The position numbers and the translations under genes are program-made. From the IMG/VR virus record IMGVR_UViG_3300005099_000065, positions 15,662 through 79,661 of that record: a stretch of 64,000 bases of DNA; one strand, 5' to 3'. Below, in pieces: positions 35,821 through 45,689 of the stretch; position 1 is the first letter of the stretch; every line of letters begins with the position of its first letter. The DNA comes from a virus. The notes under the pieces are model-generated. The model did not search any database. It worked only from the letters and a program-made list of their open reading frames with translations, and was not told the origin of the DNA.

Positions 35821-36468
35821 ATGTTAATACCCAAAACAAAACAAGAGAAAAAACAGTTCATTTTGGCGATGCAAAAACTCAATGAGTTTTTGACAGCCAA
35901 AGGGGAAGGGGAGATTCCTAAAGCAGACATAGAGACTAACGTGTATGATTTTGTGGATGCTATTGAGACAATGGATGAAAAATGGTTGGATGAGCTTCCC
36001 GATGAAGTGATAAATATGTACAACCATTTGGTGTCTGACGAGTTGGCTGAAAGTGAACAGGAGAAAGTTGAAGAGAAAGAGGTTGAACAGCCAGAGCAAA
36101 TTGAAGAAGCAAAGGAGGAGGAAGCGCAAGAGGCTGAAGCTGAAACTGAAACTGAGGCTGAAGCTGAAACTGAAACTGAGGCTGAAGCCGAGGAGACGAA
36201 GTTCGAAGGAAAGCCAGAACCACTTCCTAAAGATGCAATAATTAAGAAGAAACCAACTCCACCTAAGAAACGTTCAAAATTCGAAACAATGGTGAGGGCT
36301 TTGCAAGCCAAATCACCTTGCACTATGGATGAATGGTTGGAAGAGGCTGAACGTATGTGGGGTAGGACAACCACGGATATGAAGTGGTACTTAAATGGTG
36401 TGGCTATTGTTTTGAAGTGTGTGGGTGTGTTAGAGGAAAAGGACGGTAAGCTTGTTTTGAAAAGATGA
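35821..36468 (+). CDS. acidic hypothetical protein with AETETE low-complexity linker and C-terminal wHTH-like domain
   Basis: GGAGGT SD; E-rich core encoded by GCTGAAACTGAAACTGAG repeats. Confidence 0.65.
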   Translation: MLIPKTKQEKKQFILAMQKLNEFLTAKGEGEIPKADIETNVYDFVDAIETMDEKWLDELPDEVINMYNHLVSDELAESEQEKVEEKEVEQPEQIEEAKEEEAQEAEAETETEAEAETETEAEAEETKFEGKPEPLPKDAIIKKKPTPPKKRSKFETMVRALQAKSPCTMDEWLEEAERMWGRTTTDMKWYLNGVAIVLKCVGVLEEKDGKLVLKR

Positions 36469-37514
36469 AGGAGTTTAAAAATCCCATAAGCGTTAGAGGA
36501 GACTATTTGTATTGTCCTTTGCCTTTGGATTTGGACACATATTGGAATTGTACCACCGATTGCGTGCATTGTTATCTCAGAAGGCTGAATTACGTGTGGG
36601 GCAAGGAGCAAAGAGCGTTAGACCCCATTAAGCTGGAAGCAAAATTGAAGACAGCTAGCCAATCCAAAGCCAGAAATGATTTGGCTGTAATGTTGAGACT
36701 AAAGAAAACTATCAGATGGGGAAACAAATCAGATCCTTTTCAAATTTGTGAATACAGATATGGCATTTCTGTTCAAGTGTTTCGGATTTTGAAGAGGTTG
36801 GACTGGAGTTTTGCTCTTTATACCAAGAATGTGGAATTGATGCAAAAGATGTTAGGAGACGAGCTTTGGGATGAATGGTGTTTGAAAAATGTGAGTATGT
36901 TAATCAGTGTGATGGTGGGTCAGGAATATGATTGGGTGAAATTGGAAAATGAGAGATGTTCGTCTTTTGCAAACAGATTGCATTTTTTAGCCAGATGGTT
37001 GGATAAAGGAGGGATGGGGGCTTTGATTTGCGAGCCCTTCATTCCTGGATATCATTCCATATCACAATGGGAATCATTGTTGAAGCGAGCTAAGACATTA
37101 GGCATCAACAGAGTGAACATTTATAATTTTCATTTCAATGCATTTGTGGCCAGGCGTTTGCACAAGCGAGGAATCGATATCAGAAGGATTTGGTATTACA
37201 ACCAGGATCAACAATGGAGACCCATTTTGAAAGTGCTGTTGCGAAAGGCTAAGGATATGGGTATGATTGTGGGCTGTCCTGACTTCGTGAACAGTGGTGA
37301 TTTTGTAGATGAATGTAATACGTGTTGCGGAGTGGATGTGCCTAATCCTTGTCGTTTTAACACCCATCATTGGAAACCAATGTGGTTGTTGGGTTATGAA
37401 GCAGATGATATAATCGAGCGGACATATGAGGGTTATGGGGATGTGAAAAAGGCTAGGCGGATTTTGCAAGGACGAAGTAAAGAATTTTACACTATGAAGG
37501 ATATTGTGAAATGA
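36465..37514 (+). CDS. radical SAM enzyme (SPL/Rv2578c-like)
   Basis: LDTYWNCTTDCVHCY (CxxxCxxC), SDPF, YTKN and EPFIPG. Confidence 0.85.
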   Translation: MKEFKNPISVRGDYLYCPLPLDLDTYWNCTTDCVHCYLRRLNYVWGKEQRALDPIKLEAKLKTASQSKARNDLAVMLRLKKTIRWGNKSDPFQICEYRYGISVQVFRILKRLDWSFALYTKNVELMQKMLGDELWDEWCLKNVSMLISVMVGQEYDWVKLENERCSSFANRLHFLARWLDKGGMGALICEPFIPGYHSISQWESLLKRAKTLGINRVNIYNFHFNAFVARRLHKRGIDIRRIWYYNQDQQWRPILKVLLRKAKDMGMIVGCPDFVNSGDFVDECNTCCGVDVPNPCRFNTHHWKPMWLLGYEADDIIERTYEGYGDVKKARRILQGRSKEFYTMKDIVK

Positions 37515-38278
37515 AACTGTATTATTATTTTCATTTTGGGGATTGTGTTTTGAAAGTGCCTCATAATGTCTCTCGGTTTTCTCAAACCAGGGTGCGGAAA
37601 AACACACCTCATTCTCAATTCATCTTTGATCATCGAGAGGATTTGATTTGTGAATTGAATTGTGTGAAGGATTTGGCTCAAAGCTTTTCTTTCACATCTT
37701 ATTTGGAGATGATGGCTGGTTTGGGTTTCAGTGCCAAACTGGTAAGCAGTATTCAAGATTTGAATGAAATTTGGTTGAATGACAAGGATGAGTTTTGTAC
37801 TACCAGCTTGGCTATCAATTTTGCAAATGAAGTGGGAAAGGAAATCATGATTACCCAGAGTGATGTTTTGGATTTGAAAGTGGTTGGTCGTTGGGATGTG
37901 ATTTTTATCGATTTCAACACTTTTTCTATGAAGAGATGGAATGAGTGGTTGAGATTGTGGGGTAATGTGAAAGGAAAGTTTCGTAATTTATGGTTAACGG
38001 ACACTGCTTGTTATGTGTGGACAAAATTTGGAGCTCAAACATTTGAGAAATGTTTTGGTTTCAAATCTTTGGAACAATATTGCCAGTCTTTTTCAAATTT
38101 GATAAAATCTACTTTAGGAGCATCGCTAAGAAGAGCAAGAATAGGAGCAAATGGCAAATGTGCCATTTTGGATTTCGAATATGGTTATGAGGGTGATTGG
38201 GATTTGAGAAAAGTGGACAAAAGTTTGAGTTTGAAAATAGAAGTGAAGTGGGGTTTGAGGAATGATTGTGAGAAATGA
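37511..38278 (+). CDS. class I SAM-dependent methyltransferase-like protein
   Basis: LEMMAGLG (motif I), LNDKD (II), QSDVLD (III) and WDVIFIDF (IV). Confidence 0.65.
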   Translation: MKLYYYFHFGDCVLKVPHNVSRFSQTRVRKNTPHSQFIFDHREDLICELNCVKDLAQSFSFTSYLEMMAGLGFSAKLVSSIQDLNEIWLNDKDEFCTTSLAINFANEVGKEIMITQSDVLDLKVVGRWDVIFIDFNTFSMKRWNEWLRLWGNVKGKFRNLWLTDTACYVWTKFGAQTFEKCFGFKSLEQYCQSFSNLIKSTLGASLRRARIGANGKCAILDFEYGYEGDWDLRKVDKSLSLKIEVKWGLRNDCEK

Positions 38279-39059
38279 TACGCCGATTGAAAAAGTGACT
38301 TCGTCTATTTTTGTGAAACGTGAAGACTTGGCTACATTGTCTCCAGGTCCTCCTTTCAGTAAGACACGGGGTTTGTTTCAGCATTTGTTTTTGCTTTTTC
38401 GTTTAGGAATCAGATGTGTGGGTTATGTGGAAACAGCTATTTCAATGGCAGGATGGGCTGTGGCTTGGTTAGGAAAAAAGATGAATATGAAAGTCATCAT
38501 TTTCGATCCTCAGTACAAAGATGATTCTAAATTTCCTTTGCCTTTGCATCGCCAAAAGTGGAAACAGTTTGGGGCACAGCTGGTGAAGGTGAGAGCAGGT
38601 AAAGCCAGTGTGAATTGGTACATTGCCAGACGCTGGATGAAGGAGAATGTTCATCAGCCATGGAAATTGTTGCCTTTGGGATTACCTTTGAATGAGACTG
38701 TGTTGGAAACCTTTGCGCAAGCGAGAAAGTGTATCAGAGATTTCCCTACCATAGTGGTTCCAGTTGGTAGTGGTACTATTGCTTGCGGGATAGCCAGAGC
38801 TTTGTATCGGAACCAAAAACTGATTGGCATTATGAGTCGCACTGGAGATGTGCGCAGAAAATTTAAGTTTGTGGTTAAGTGGTGTGAATATCCAACTCAT
38901 GTGGACATAGTGGACCCAGGATATCCTTACACCAAAAAGGTGGACATCAAAACTCCATTTCCTTGCAATCCTTATTATGATACCAAAGCTTGGCAGTGGG
39001 TGTTGGAACATGAAGATGAGTTGGAGAAGCCTATTTTGTTTTGGAACATAGGGGCATGA
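38262..39059 (+). CDS. PLP-dependent fold-type II enzyme (cysteine synthase/desulfhydrase/ACC-deaminase-like)
   Basis: FVKREDL...FSKTRG (PLP lysine), VVPVGSGTIACG phosphate loop, NPYYDTKAW and FWNIG. Confidence 0.82.
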   Translation: MIVRNDTPIEKVTSSIFVKREDLATLSPGPPFSKTRGLFQHLFLLFRLGIRCVGYVETAISMAGWAVAWLGKKMNMKVIIFDPQYKDDSKFPLPLHRQKWKQFGAQLVKVRAGKASVNWYIARRWMKENVHQPWKLLPLGLPLNETVLETFAQARKCIRDFPTIVVPVGSGTIACGIARALYRNQKLIGIMSRTGDVRRKFKFVVKWCEYPTHVDIVDPGYPYTKKVDIKTPFPCNPYYDTKAWQWVLEHEDELEKPILFWNIGA

Positions 39060-39060
39060 A

Positions 39061-40458
39061 ATGGAATATGAAGATTTGAAGCGCAAGTTGCAAAGGATTG
39101 TGCCTCGCCATGGGGTTTTTGCTTTGCCTAAAATGCCAAGGTTGAGTCACAAGGGGAGGAAAAAGAATTATCGTCAATATCATTTGGTAGAGAACAAATT
39201 GATAGAGCCTAGACGAAATTTGCATGAGGAGGAAATCAAATCATTTGCTGAAGTGAGTCTCAGAGCACAAGCATGCCCTATGCCTTTGAATTTGGACACA
39301 TATGATGGTTTGATTTGTCCTTTTGGATGTCGTTATTGCTATGCAAATTGGTTTCGCTTGAGTTTGTACACTTCGTTTTTCGACAATCCTGACCAAATAG
39401 GGATTCGAAGTTGCAACCCCGATTTCTTCAAGCGTCAGTTAGATAGATATATGAGTTACAGGGGTAAGGTTGAGAAGGCTGGTAATGAAGTGGCTCGGGC
39501 TTTCGCTTTGGAGATTCCTGTGAGGTTTGGAATCAGATTTGAAGACTTTTTGCCTTGTGAAGAAAAGAGGAAGGTGTCTTATGAGCTTTTGAGGTACCTG
39601 AAAGAGGTGAGTTATCCCGTGATGATAAACACCAAATCAACTTTGGTGGGAAGGGATGAGTATGTGAAGGTGTTGTCTGAAAATAAAGCTAAGGCAGCTG
39701 TTCATATGACTTTGATTACAGCTGATGAAAGGTTGCGTAAGAAATTGGAACCAGGTGCTCCATCGTTTAAACGCAGAATAGAGGCTTGTGCTTCTTTGGC
39801 TTCGGCTGGTGTTCGAGTGGTGGCCAGAATAGAACCATTTATGCCTTTTTTGAATGATACGATGTTGGACGAGTATGCTCAGGCTTTGAAGGAAGCGGGA
39901 GTGTCTAACATCACATTCGACACGTACAGTTATAGTGCTAGAGGATTTGTGGTGAGAGGGGCTTTTCAGATGGTGGGTTTGGATTTTGACAGGATGTTTT
40001 ATGCTGTGTCCGATTCTCAACCATTGGGTTCATTGGCTTTGGCTTTGTTTATGAATGAATTCAGAAAGAGAGGTTTCAGTTGTTCCACGTTTGATTTTGG
40101 AAATGTCCCATACAACGATCAAGACATTTGTTGTGAAGTGGGAGATTGGTTCGAAGGTGGATGGAATTATGGATGTGGAGTGATGGCTATTCGTTATATC
40201 AAATCCCAGTCACCCAAACCCGTCAGATGGTCTCAATTTGAAAACTGGGTGGAAGGCAAAGGAGGCTTTTTGTCTCCTGCTTTGAAAAAAGAAGTACATC
40301 AAATTTGGAATGGGGAGGGGGATGGCCAATTTTATCTGAGCTGGGCTGACGGTTTGAAGTGTTGTGGTTGGGATGAGGATGGTAGGGTTTGGCGCTGGGA
40401 TCCAGATGAAAATTATCGTCAAAAGATGTTTCAAGTATTGTTGGAGGGATTGAAATGA
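39061..40458 (+). CDS. radical SAM enzyme (SPL/Rv2578c-like)
   Basis: LDTYDGLICPFGCRYCY, INTKS, KLEPGAPS..RRI and RIEPF. Confidence 0.85.
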   Translation: MEYEDLKRKLQRIVPRHGVFALPKMPRLSHKGRKKNYRQYHLVENKLIEPRRNLHEEEIKSFAEVSLRAQACPMPLNLDTYDGLICPFGCRYCYANWFRLSLYTSFFDNPDQIGIRSCNPDFFKRQLDRYMSYRGKVEKAGNEVARAFALEIPVRFGIRFEDFLPCEEKRKVSYELLRYLKEVSYPVMINTKSTLVGRDEYVKVLSENKAKAAVHMTLITADERLRKKLEPGAPSFKRRIEACASLASAGVRVVARIEPFMPFLNDTMLDEYAQALKEAGVSNITFDTYSYSARGFVVRGAFQMVGLDFDRMFYAVSDSQPLGSLALALFMNEFRKRGFSCSTFDFGNVPYNDQDICCEVGDWFEGGWNYGCGVMAIRYIKSQSPKPVRWSQFENWVEGKGGFLSPALKKEVHQIWNGEGDGQFYLSWADGLKCCGWDEDGRVWRWDPDENYRQKMFQVLLEGLK

Positions 40459-41291
40459 TTTCATCTTCTCAATTGGAAAAAATATTTGCTCACGCAGCAG
40501 CTTTGCATTCAGAGGGAAAAATGAAAAATTGGATTTACGGGGAAGGCACTAAGATTTACATTTTGAACACAGATTGTTCTTTGTTGGTGAGGTTTAAAGT
40601 GCCTTGGGAGCTGGGTCATTTTTGCTTTTCAGCTCACGAATATGAAGGTCAAGAATTTCATCTTTCTCCAACTGGCATGATATTCAAGTCACAAGATCAA
40701 GATTACGAGAGAACAAAATTTAGCCCCGTCAATCCACCGTATTCTTTTGAATGGATAAAGCGCACGTGGAGTGTTTTGGATCAAAAGACAAAGGAGTGCA
40801 AACCAGTTGGAAAAATAGTTTTGGAAGACAAGGTTTTGAGATGGTTGGAAAAGGATCTTCCCCATACAGAATTTGTGTTGAAGGAGAAGGGATGGTCTTT
40901 GGTTCAACGCAACATATATACGGGAGAAATCATTCAGATTACCAAAAAACCTCGCCCTTTGACTTTGTTGGATAAGGATGAGGTGATGGGTGAAAGGAGT
41001 ATAGGTTTGAGGACAAATGACTTTTTTGCTCTTTTCACATTTGTGTCCAAGCTCAGCTTTTATTTTTATGATTTACCTTTTGCACAAGCTATGAATTTGA
41101 GCTTTTTTGATATGAGAGTGTTTTTGGGAGGATGTTTTTATGATTCATTAGGAGATTTGGAGGTGATTTATGGGAGGGAAATCCAGAAAGTCAGGCATGG
41201 TGAGCCGTCAGCTGATAGAAAAAATATTGAGAGAAGGAAAGAGCTCATCCAAAAAATCAAGGCAAGGCGGCGGCTCATCAACAAAGGTTAA
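40455..41291 (+). CDS. hypothetical protein
   Basis: 278 aa, ATGA-coupled to the upstream gene; no motif recognised. Confidence 0.65.
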   Translation: MISSSQLEKIFAHAAALHSEGKMKNWIYGEGTKIYILNTDCSLLVRFKVPWELGHFCFSAHEYEGQEFHLSPTGMIFKSQDQDYERTKFSPVNPPYSFEWIKRTWSVLDQKTKECKPVGKIVLEDKVLRWLEKDLPHTEFVLKEKGWSLVQRNIYTGEIIQITKKPRPLTLLDKDEVMGERSIGLRTNDFFALFTFVSKLSFYFYDLPFAQAMNLSFFDMRVFLGGCFYDSLGDLEVIYGREIQKVRHGEPSADRKNIERRKELIQKIKARRRLINKG

Positions 41292-41312
41292 GTTGCCTTT
41301 GGGAGTCAAGAG

Positions 41313-42098
41313 ATGAGTTATTTGGAATGCTTGGAACGGTGGAGAATTGAGCCCAATTTTTGGATGAGCGATGAGTATTTTGAGAAGGCTGGATTTAGAG
41401 AAGAAAGGAAAGGGAATGTTTGGTATGTGAGAGATGATGAAGGAAAATTGATGTTTCCTCCTGTGCATGAAAGTGTGGGTTTGATTGCTGGTTGCGAGGA
41501 TATTTGGGCTGATGTGGATGGTTTTCAAGGAGAAGGTCAAAAGGAATTTTTGGACTGGGAGTACATTTATGACCCTAGAGACTTTTTGCGTTTGGAAGGG
41601 GGCAAGTGGAGGACATTTCGTAAAAACGTGCGCAGATATGCTCGCATTCATTCGGCTAATTTGTTATATGAAAATTGGAATTCGGCTTCATCCAAATTGA
41701 CTGATTTGTCTGAACAGGTGGAAGACATTGTGGTGCAATGGCTTCAAAAAGACGAATCACGTTACATATGGGATGCTGAGGTTATGTTGGTTTATGTTCG
41801 GGAAGGTCAAAATCGTGAAGTTTTGTGGGATGTGAAGAGTAAAAAGGTTTTGGGGATAAACATTTGGGATGAAAACTATTGGTATGTGAATTTTCGTTAT
41901 TGTTTTTGTCGTGATGAGAAGTATTTGAGTGAGTATTTGAGATGGTGTTTTTATTTGGCTCGATGTTTTAGTGGTAATCCAAAGCTGGTGAATGACGGAG
42001 GGACATTGGGTTCTCAAGGTTTGGAGCGTTTTAAGGACAAATTGAATCCAATCAAGAAAAGGAGGGTATATTCATGGAGGGTAAGCGAGTCAAAATAA
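41313..42098 (+). CDS. DUF2156 / MprF-C-terminal-like GNAT-fold protein
   Basis: EYIYDPRDFLRLEGGKWRTFRKNVRRY and VNDGGTLGSQGLERFKDKLNP match the family's YxY...L.G.K and N...G..GL...K...P patterns. Confidence 0.65.
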   Translation: MSYLECLERWRIEPNFWMSDEYFEKAGFREERKGNVWYVRDDEGKLMFPPVHESVGLIAGCEDIWADVDGFQGEGQKEFLDWEYIYDPRDFLRLEGGKWRTFRKNVRRYARIHSANLLYENWNSASSKLTDLSEQVEDIVVQWLQKDESRYIWDAEVMLVYVREGQNREVLWDVKSKKVLGINIWDENYWYVNFRYCFCRDEKYLSEYLRWCFYLARCFSGNPKLVNDGGTLGSQGLERFKDKLNPIKKRRVYSWRVSESK

Positions 42099-43177
42099 CG
42101 AGACGTCCTAAACCTTACCCAGCTTTGAAGGCTGGTCAGATGGCTTCGCTTTTGAAGCCAGTGATGGCTAGTTTGAGAGAGGGAGAAGGAGAAGGAGTGT
42201 TGTTTCAGAACAATTGGATGGTGGGTGTGGGAGAGTATTTGATGGTTTGGTCGCCATTGCCCACTGGAGTGGCTGGTTGTGTGAATGGTAAATTGTTATT
42301 CGAGTTTGTGCATCGTTTGCCTCCCGAAGAGGCTTTGCAATGTCGTGTTGAGGATGTGCATTTGATTTTGGAGAGCAAGGATAAGCCCAGAAAGTTGAAA
42401 ATGAATTTGATTAGTGAAGTTTGGGAACCATGGGCAACACCACCAAAGTTGGAAGAGTTTTTACCCCTGGAAGAAAGCTTCTTCAAGGATTTGGAATTGG
42501 CGCTGGGTGGATTGGAAGTGAAATCCTTGATAGGTCCTTTGGCTGGTGTATGGATTGGAGAAAATAAAGTTTTGGCCACTGACGAATGTAGGGCAAATAT
42601 GTTGCAACGTCAGGGAGGGATTTATGCAATAAAACCTGGTCTGCTTTTTTCGGCTAGAGCTTTGGATTGTTTGTTAGATTTGAAATTGGCTTGTAACGGA
42701 TGGTTATTGGATAAGGACAGAAGGTGGGTTTGGTTTTCTACATTGGAAGGGATTTTGTGCGCTGTGAGGTTGATGCAAAGCGAAGAATATCCCACACAGG
42801 CTTTGGTCGAGTTGTTTTCTCGCTCTCGCCATTATGTTTCTTTCCCTGTGTCGGAGTTTGGCGAAGCTGTGGATTTGGCTCATGTGGTTGCTAAACATTC
42901 AGGAACCAAGAATCTCATTGTTTCTCTGATTTGGAAGGGAAACACTTTGACAATTGTGGGGAGAGGCGAATTCGGTTCATTTGAACAATCGATGAATTGG
43001 AAAAAGGATTCTAGCTTACCTGATGAAGGTGGTTTTGATGTGAATCCTGTGTTGTTGAAAAACATGATAGAAGGTTCAGTAGAAGCAAAATTTGGTTTGA
43101 CTGAAACTTTGGTGTTTGTTGAGGGCGAGGATTTTCAATATTTAGCACCTTTGATTTGGAAAAGCAATGAAGCTTAA
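42074..43177 (+). CDS. sliding clamp (DNA pol III beta-like)
   Basis: 367 aa with GCVNGKLL, LATDECRA, EEYP and FDVNPVLL clamp-like patterns; directly before the polymerase and clamp loader. Confidence 0.65.
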   Translation: MEGKRVKITRRPKPYPALKAGQMASLLKPVMASLREGEGEGVLFQNNWMVGVGEYLMVWSPLPTGVAGCVNGKLLFEFVHRLPPEEALQCRVEDVHLILESKDKPRKLKMNLISEVWEPWATPPKLEEFLPLEESFFKDLELALGGLEVKSLIGPLAGVWIGENKVLATDECRANMLQRQGGIYAIKPGLLFSARALDCLLDLKLACNGWLLDKDRRWVWFSTLEGILCAVRLMQSEEYPTQALVELFSRSRHYVSFPVSEFGEAVDLAHVVAKHSGTKNLIVSLIWKGNTLTIVGRGEFGSFEQSMNWKKDSSLPDEGGFDVNPVLLKNMIEGSVEAKFGLTETLVFVEGEDFQYLAPLIWKSNEA

Positions 43178-45689
43178 ATTGTTCGAGGGCGAACCAGATT
43201 GCATGAAGTGTGGATTGTATCGAGGGATTAAGTCTCCACGTATGTCTTACACTGGTAAGGGTGAGAAAGGAGTGTTGATAGTGGCGGAAGCGCCAGGTAA
43301 GACAGAAGATGAGCAAGGGGTGCAGTTGGTGGGGCGAGCTGGTCAATATTTTCGTTCTGTTTTGAAAAGTTATGGTTGGGATTTGGACAGGGATTGCTGG
43401 AAAATCAATGCTGTGAACTGTTATTGTTCTCACAAACCAACCAGAACGCAAATTTCGTGTTGTCGACCAATGGTTGAAAGAGCTATTAAGGAATGTCGTC
43501 CACGTTACATTTGGTTGTTGGGGGAATGTGCCATAGCTAGCTTTTTTTCATGTTATTTCGGTGATTGTTCTCCCACTTTGTGGAGAAAGTTTTGCATTCC
43601 TGACAGACGTTACAAATGTTGGGTAATTCCTTTGTTTCATCCCAGCTTTGTGATTCGGAATGAGAAGGATAAAGGGTTGAGTATGACGTTTGAGAGAGAT
43701 GTGGGTTGGGCTATTCGTCAAAGTGAAAAGGAGCGAACATGGATTGATTTCTCTCCCGAATCTCAAATAAACATATTGTTGAGTGAGGCTGATGTGATAT
43801 TGAAGTTGAAGGATTTGAAACAAAGTGATTTGATAGCCTTCGATTACGAAACCACAGGACTGAAACCATTTGCACAAGGTCATCGGATTATTAGTGTGGC
43901 AGTGAGTAATGGAAAAGAAACTTTTGTTTTTCCTTTTCAGCATCGGGCTTCTCCATGGCTGAATGACGAATCGATAAAGCATGAATGGACGAACATTTTG
44001 CTCGAGTCCAAAATCAAAAAAATAGCTCACAATGTTTCATTCGAGGATTTATGGAGTCGTGTGATATTGAATTTAGATGAGGTGAAGGGATGGTTTTGGG
44101 ACACGAAGTTGGTGGCTCATCTTTTGGACAATCGCAAGGATTTGACTCATTTGAAGTTTTTGGCTTTCGTTAATTGGGGTTTGGTTTGGACAGAGAAAGT
44201 GAAACCTTATTTGGGTGGCGCTTCATCTAACGAATTCAATAAGTTGGAAAAAGTGAATTTGAAGGATTTGTGTCTTTACAATGGGATTGATGCTTTGATG
44301 ACTTGGAAAATTTTTGAAAAGCAATTTGACGAGCTGAAGCATCGTCCCAAGTTGAAATCGGCTTTTGATTTGTTTTTCAAGGGTCAGTTGGTCTTGTCCA
44401 AGTGTACTAGCAGAGGGTTGAAGGTGGATTTGCAATATTATGAGAAGCAATGCAAGAGAGCTCAACGCAACATAGACAGATTGGTTCACGAGCTTCTTCA
44501 CGACGAGAGCGCTAAGAGGTTTGAGCAAAAGTACAAGAAACAAATAGATTTGAGATCAGCTTTGGATTTGAGAAGGTTGTTTTTTTACGTGAAAAAATAT
44601 CAACCTTTCAAAGTCACATCCAAGACCAATCCCAGCGTTGATCAAGAGTCACTGGAATATTTTCAAGAGGAATACCAAGACACTTTTGCCGAAAAGCTTT
44701 TGGTTTTGAGAAAATGGGAGAAAATCAATTCCACATATTTGTCGGGGATTATGAAAGAAGCAGTGAATGGCAAAGTACATCCCTTCTTTTCATTGGCCAC
44801 ATCTCGTTCATATCGTTCATCTTCTCATTCTCCCAATTTTCAAAACATTCCTGTGAGAGATGAGTTAGCTAAAAAAATTGTCAGAAGGGGAATCATAGCC
44901 CACAAAGGTTGGCAATTGATGGAGGTGGATTACAGCGGAATTGAGGTGAGAATTGGAGCTTGTTACCACAAAGACAAAAATATGATCGAATACATTTGTA
45001 ATCCAGATTCAGATATGCATAGAGATTGCGCAGCAGACATTTGGTTGTTGGACAAAAATGATGTGACAAAGGAGCTTAGGTTTTATGCAAAAAACCAATG
45101 GGTGTTTCCTCAGTTTTATGGTGATTGGTATGGGAGATGCGCTGAGAAATTGTGGAGAGTTTGTCGACATTTGAAATTGAAAAATGGAATGAAAGTGGAG
45201 GATTGGATAAAGACCAAAGGCATAACTTGTTTTGATGATTTTGTTCAGCATTGCAAACAAATGGAAGACAAGTTTTGGAACCAGCGCTTTCGGGGATATC
45301 AACAATGGAAGGAGGAGATGTGGGAATTTTATTTGAGAAAAGGTTATGTGGAGACATTTTTCGGTTTTCGTTTCACGGGCTATATGGATTTTAAGAGAGT
45401 GAACAATTATCCAATTCAAGCCACTGCTTTTCATTGTTTGTTGTGGAGTTTGATTCAGATAGAGAGTGAGTTGAAATCCAATGGAATGAGAACCAAAATT
45501 TTAGGTGAAATTCATGACAGCATTATATTTGAGGTTTGGCCACCAGAGAGAGAACAAGTGATACAATTGGTGAGGGAGGTGATGACCCAAAGGATTAGGA
45601 AACAACACGATTGGATTATTGTGCCTTTGGACATAGATATAGAAATTGCACCAGTTGGAGGAAGTTGGGATGAAAAACAATCAATTTAA
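43167..45689 (+). CDS. polA: family A DNA polymerase with N-terminal family-4 uracil-DNA glycosylase domain and 3'-5' exonuclease
   Basis: UDG: CxxC, VAEAPG..ED..G...VGRAG, HPS. Exonuclease: AFDYET, AHN, YNGID. Polymerase: PNFQNIP, VDYSGIE, NYPIQ, IHDS. Confidence 0.93.
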   Translation: MKLKLFEGEPDCMKCGLYRGIKSPRMSYTGKGEKGVLIVAEAPGKTEDEQGVQLVGRAGQYFRSVLKSYGWDLDRDCWKINAVNCYCSHKPTRTQISCCRPMVERAIKECRPRYIWLLGECAIASFFSCYFGDCSPTLWRKFCIPDRRYKCWVIPLFHPSFVIRNEKDKGLSMTFERDVGWAIRQSEKERTWIDFSPESQINILLSEADVILKLKDLKQSDLIAFDYETTGLKPFAQGHRIISVAVSNGKETFVFPFQHRASPWLNDESIKHEWTNILLESKIKKIAHNVSFEDLWSRVILNLDEVKGWFWDTKLVAHLLDNRKDLTHLKFLAFVNWGLVWTEKVKPYLGGASSNEFNKLEKVNLKDLCLYNGIDALMTWKIFEKQFDELKHRPKLKSAFDLFFKGQLVLSKCTSRGLKVDLQYYEKQCKRAQRNIDRLVHELLHDESAKRFEQKYKKQIDLRSALDLRRLFFYVKKYQPFKVTSKTNPSVDQESLEYFQEEYQDTFAEKLLVLRKWEKINSTYLSGIMKEAVNGKVHPFFSLATSRSYRSSSHSPNFQNIPVRDELAKKIVRRGIIAHKGWQLMEVDYSGIEVRIGACYHKDKNMIEYICNPDSDMHRDCAADIWLLDKNDVTKELRFYAKNQWVFPQFYGDWYGRCAEKLWRVCRHLKLKNGMKVEDWIKTKGITCFDDFVQHCKQMEDKFWNQRFRGYQQWKEEMWEFYLRKGYVETFFGFRFTGYMDFKRVNNYPIQATAFHCLLWSLIQIESELKSNGMRTKILGEIHDSIIFEVWPPEREQVIQLVREVMTQRIRKQHDWIIVPLDIDIEIAPVGGSWDEKQSI

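Noticed and set aside
35631-36611. 326-aa minus-strand ORF
   Set aside because: Antisense shadow of the acidic repeat gene (SASASVSV mirrors AETETE).
40455-41291. Second sliding-clamp subunit
   Set aside because: Only a vague beta-rich resemblance and no diagnostic motif; left as hypothetical.
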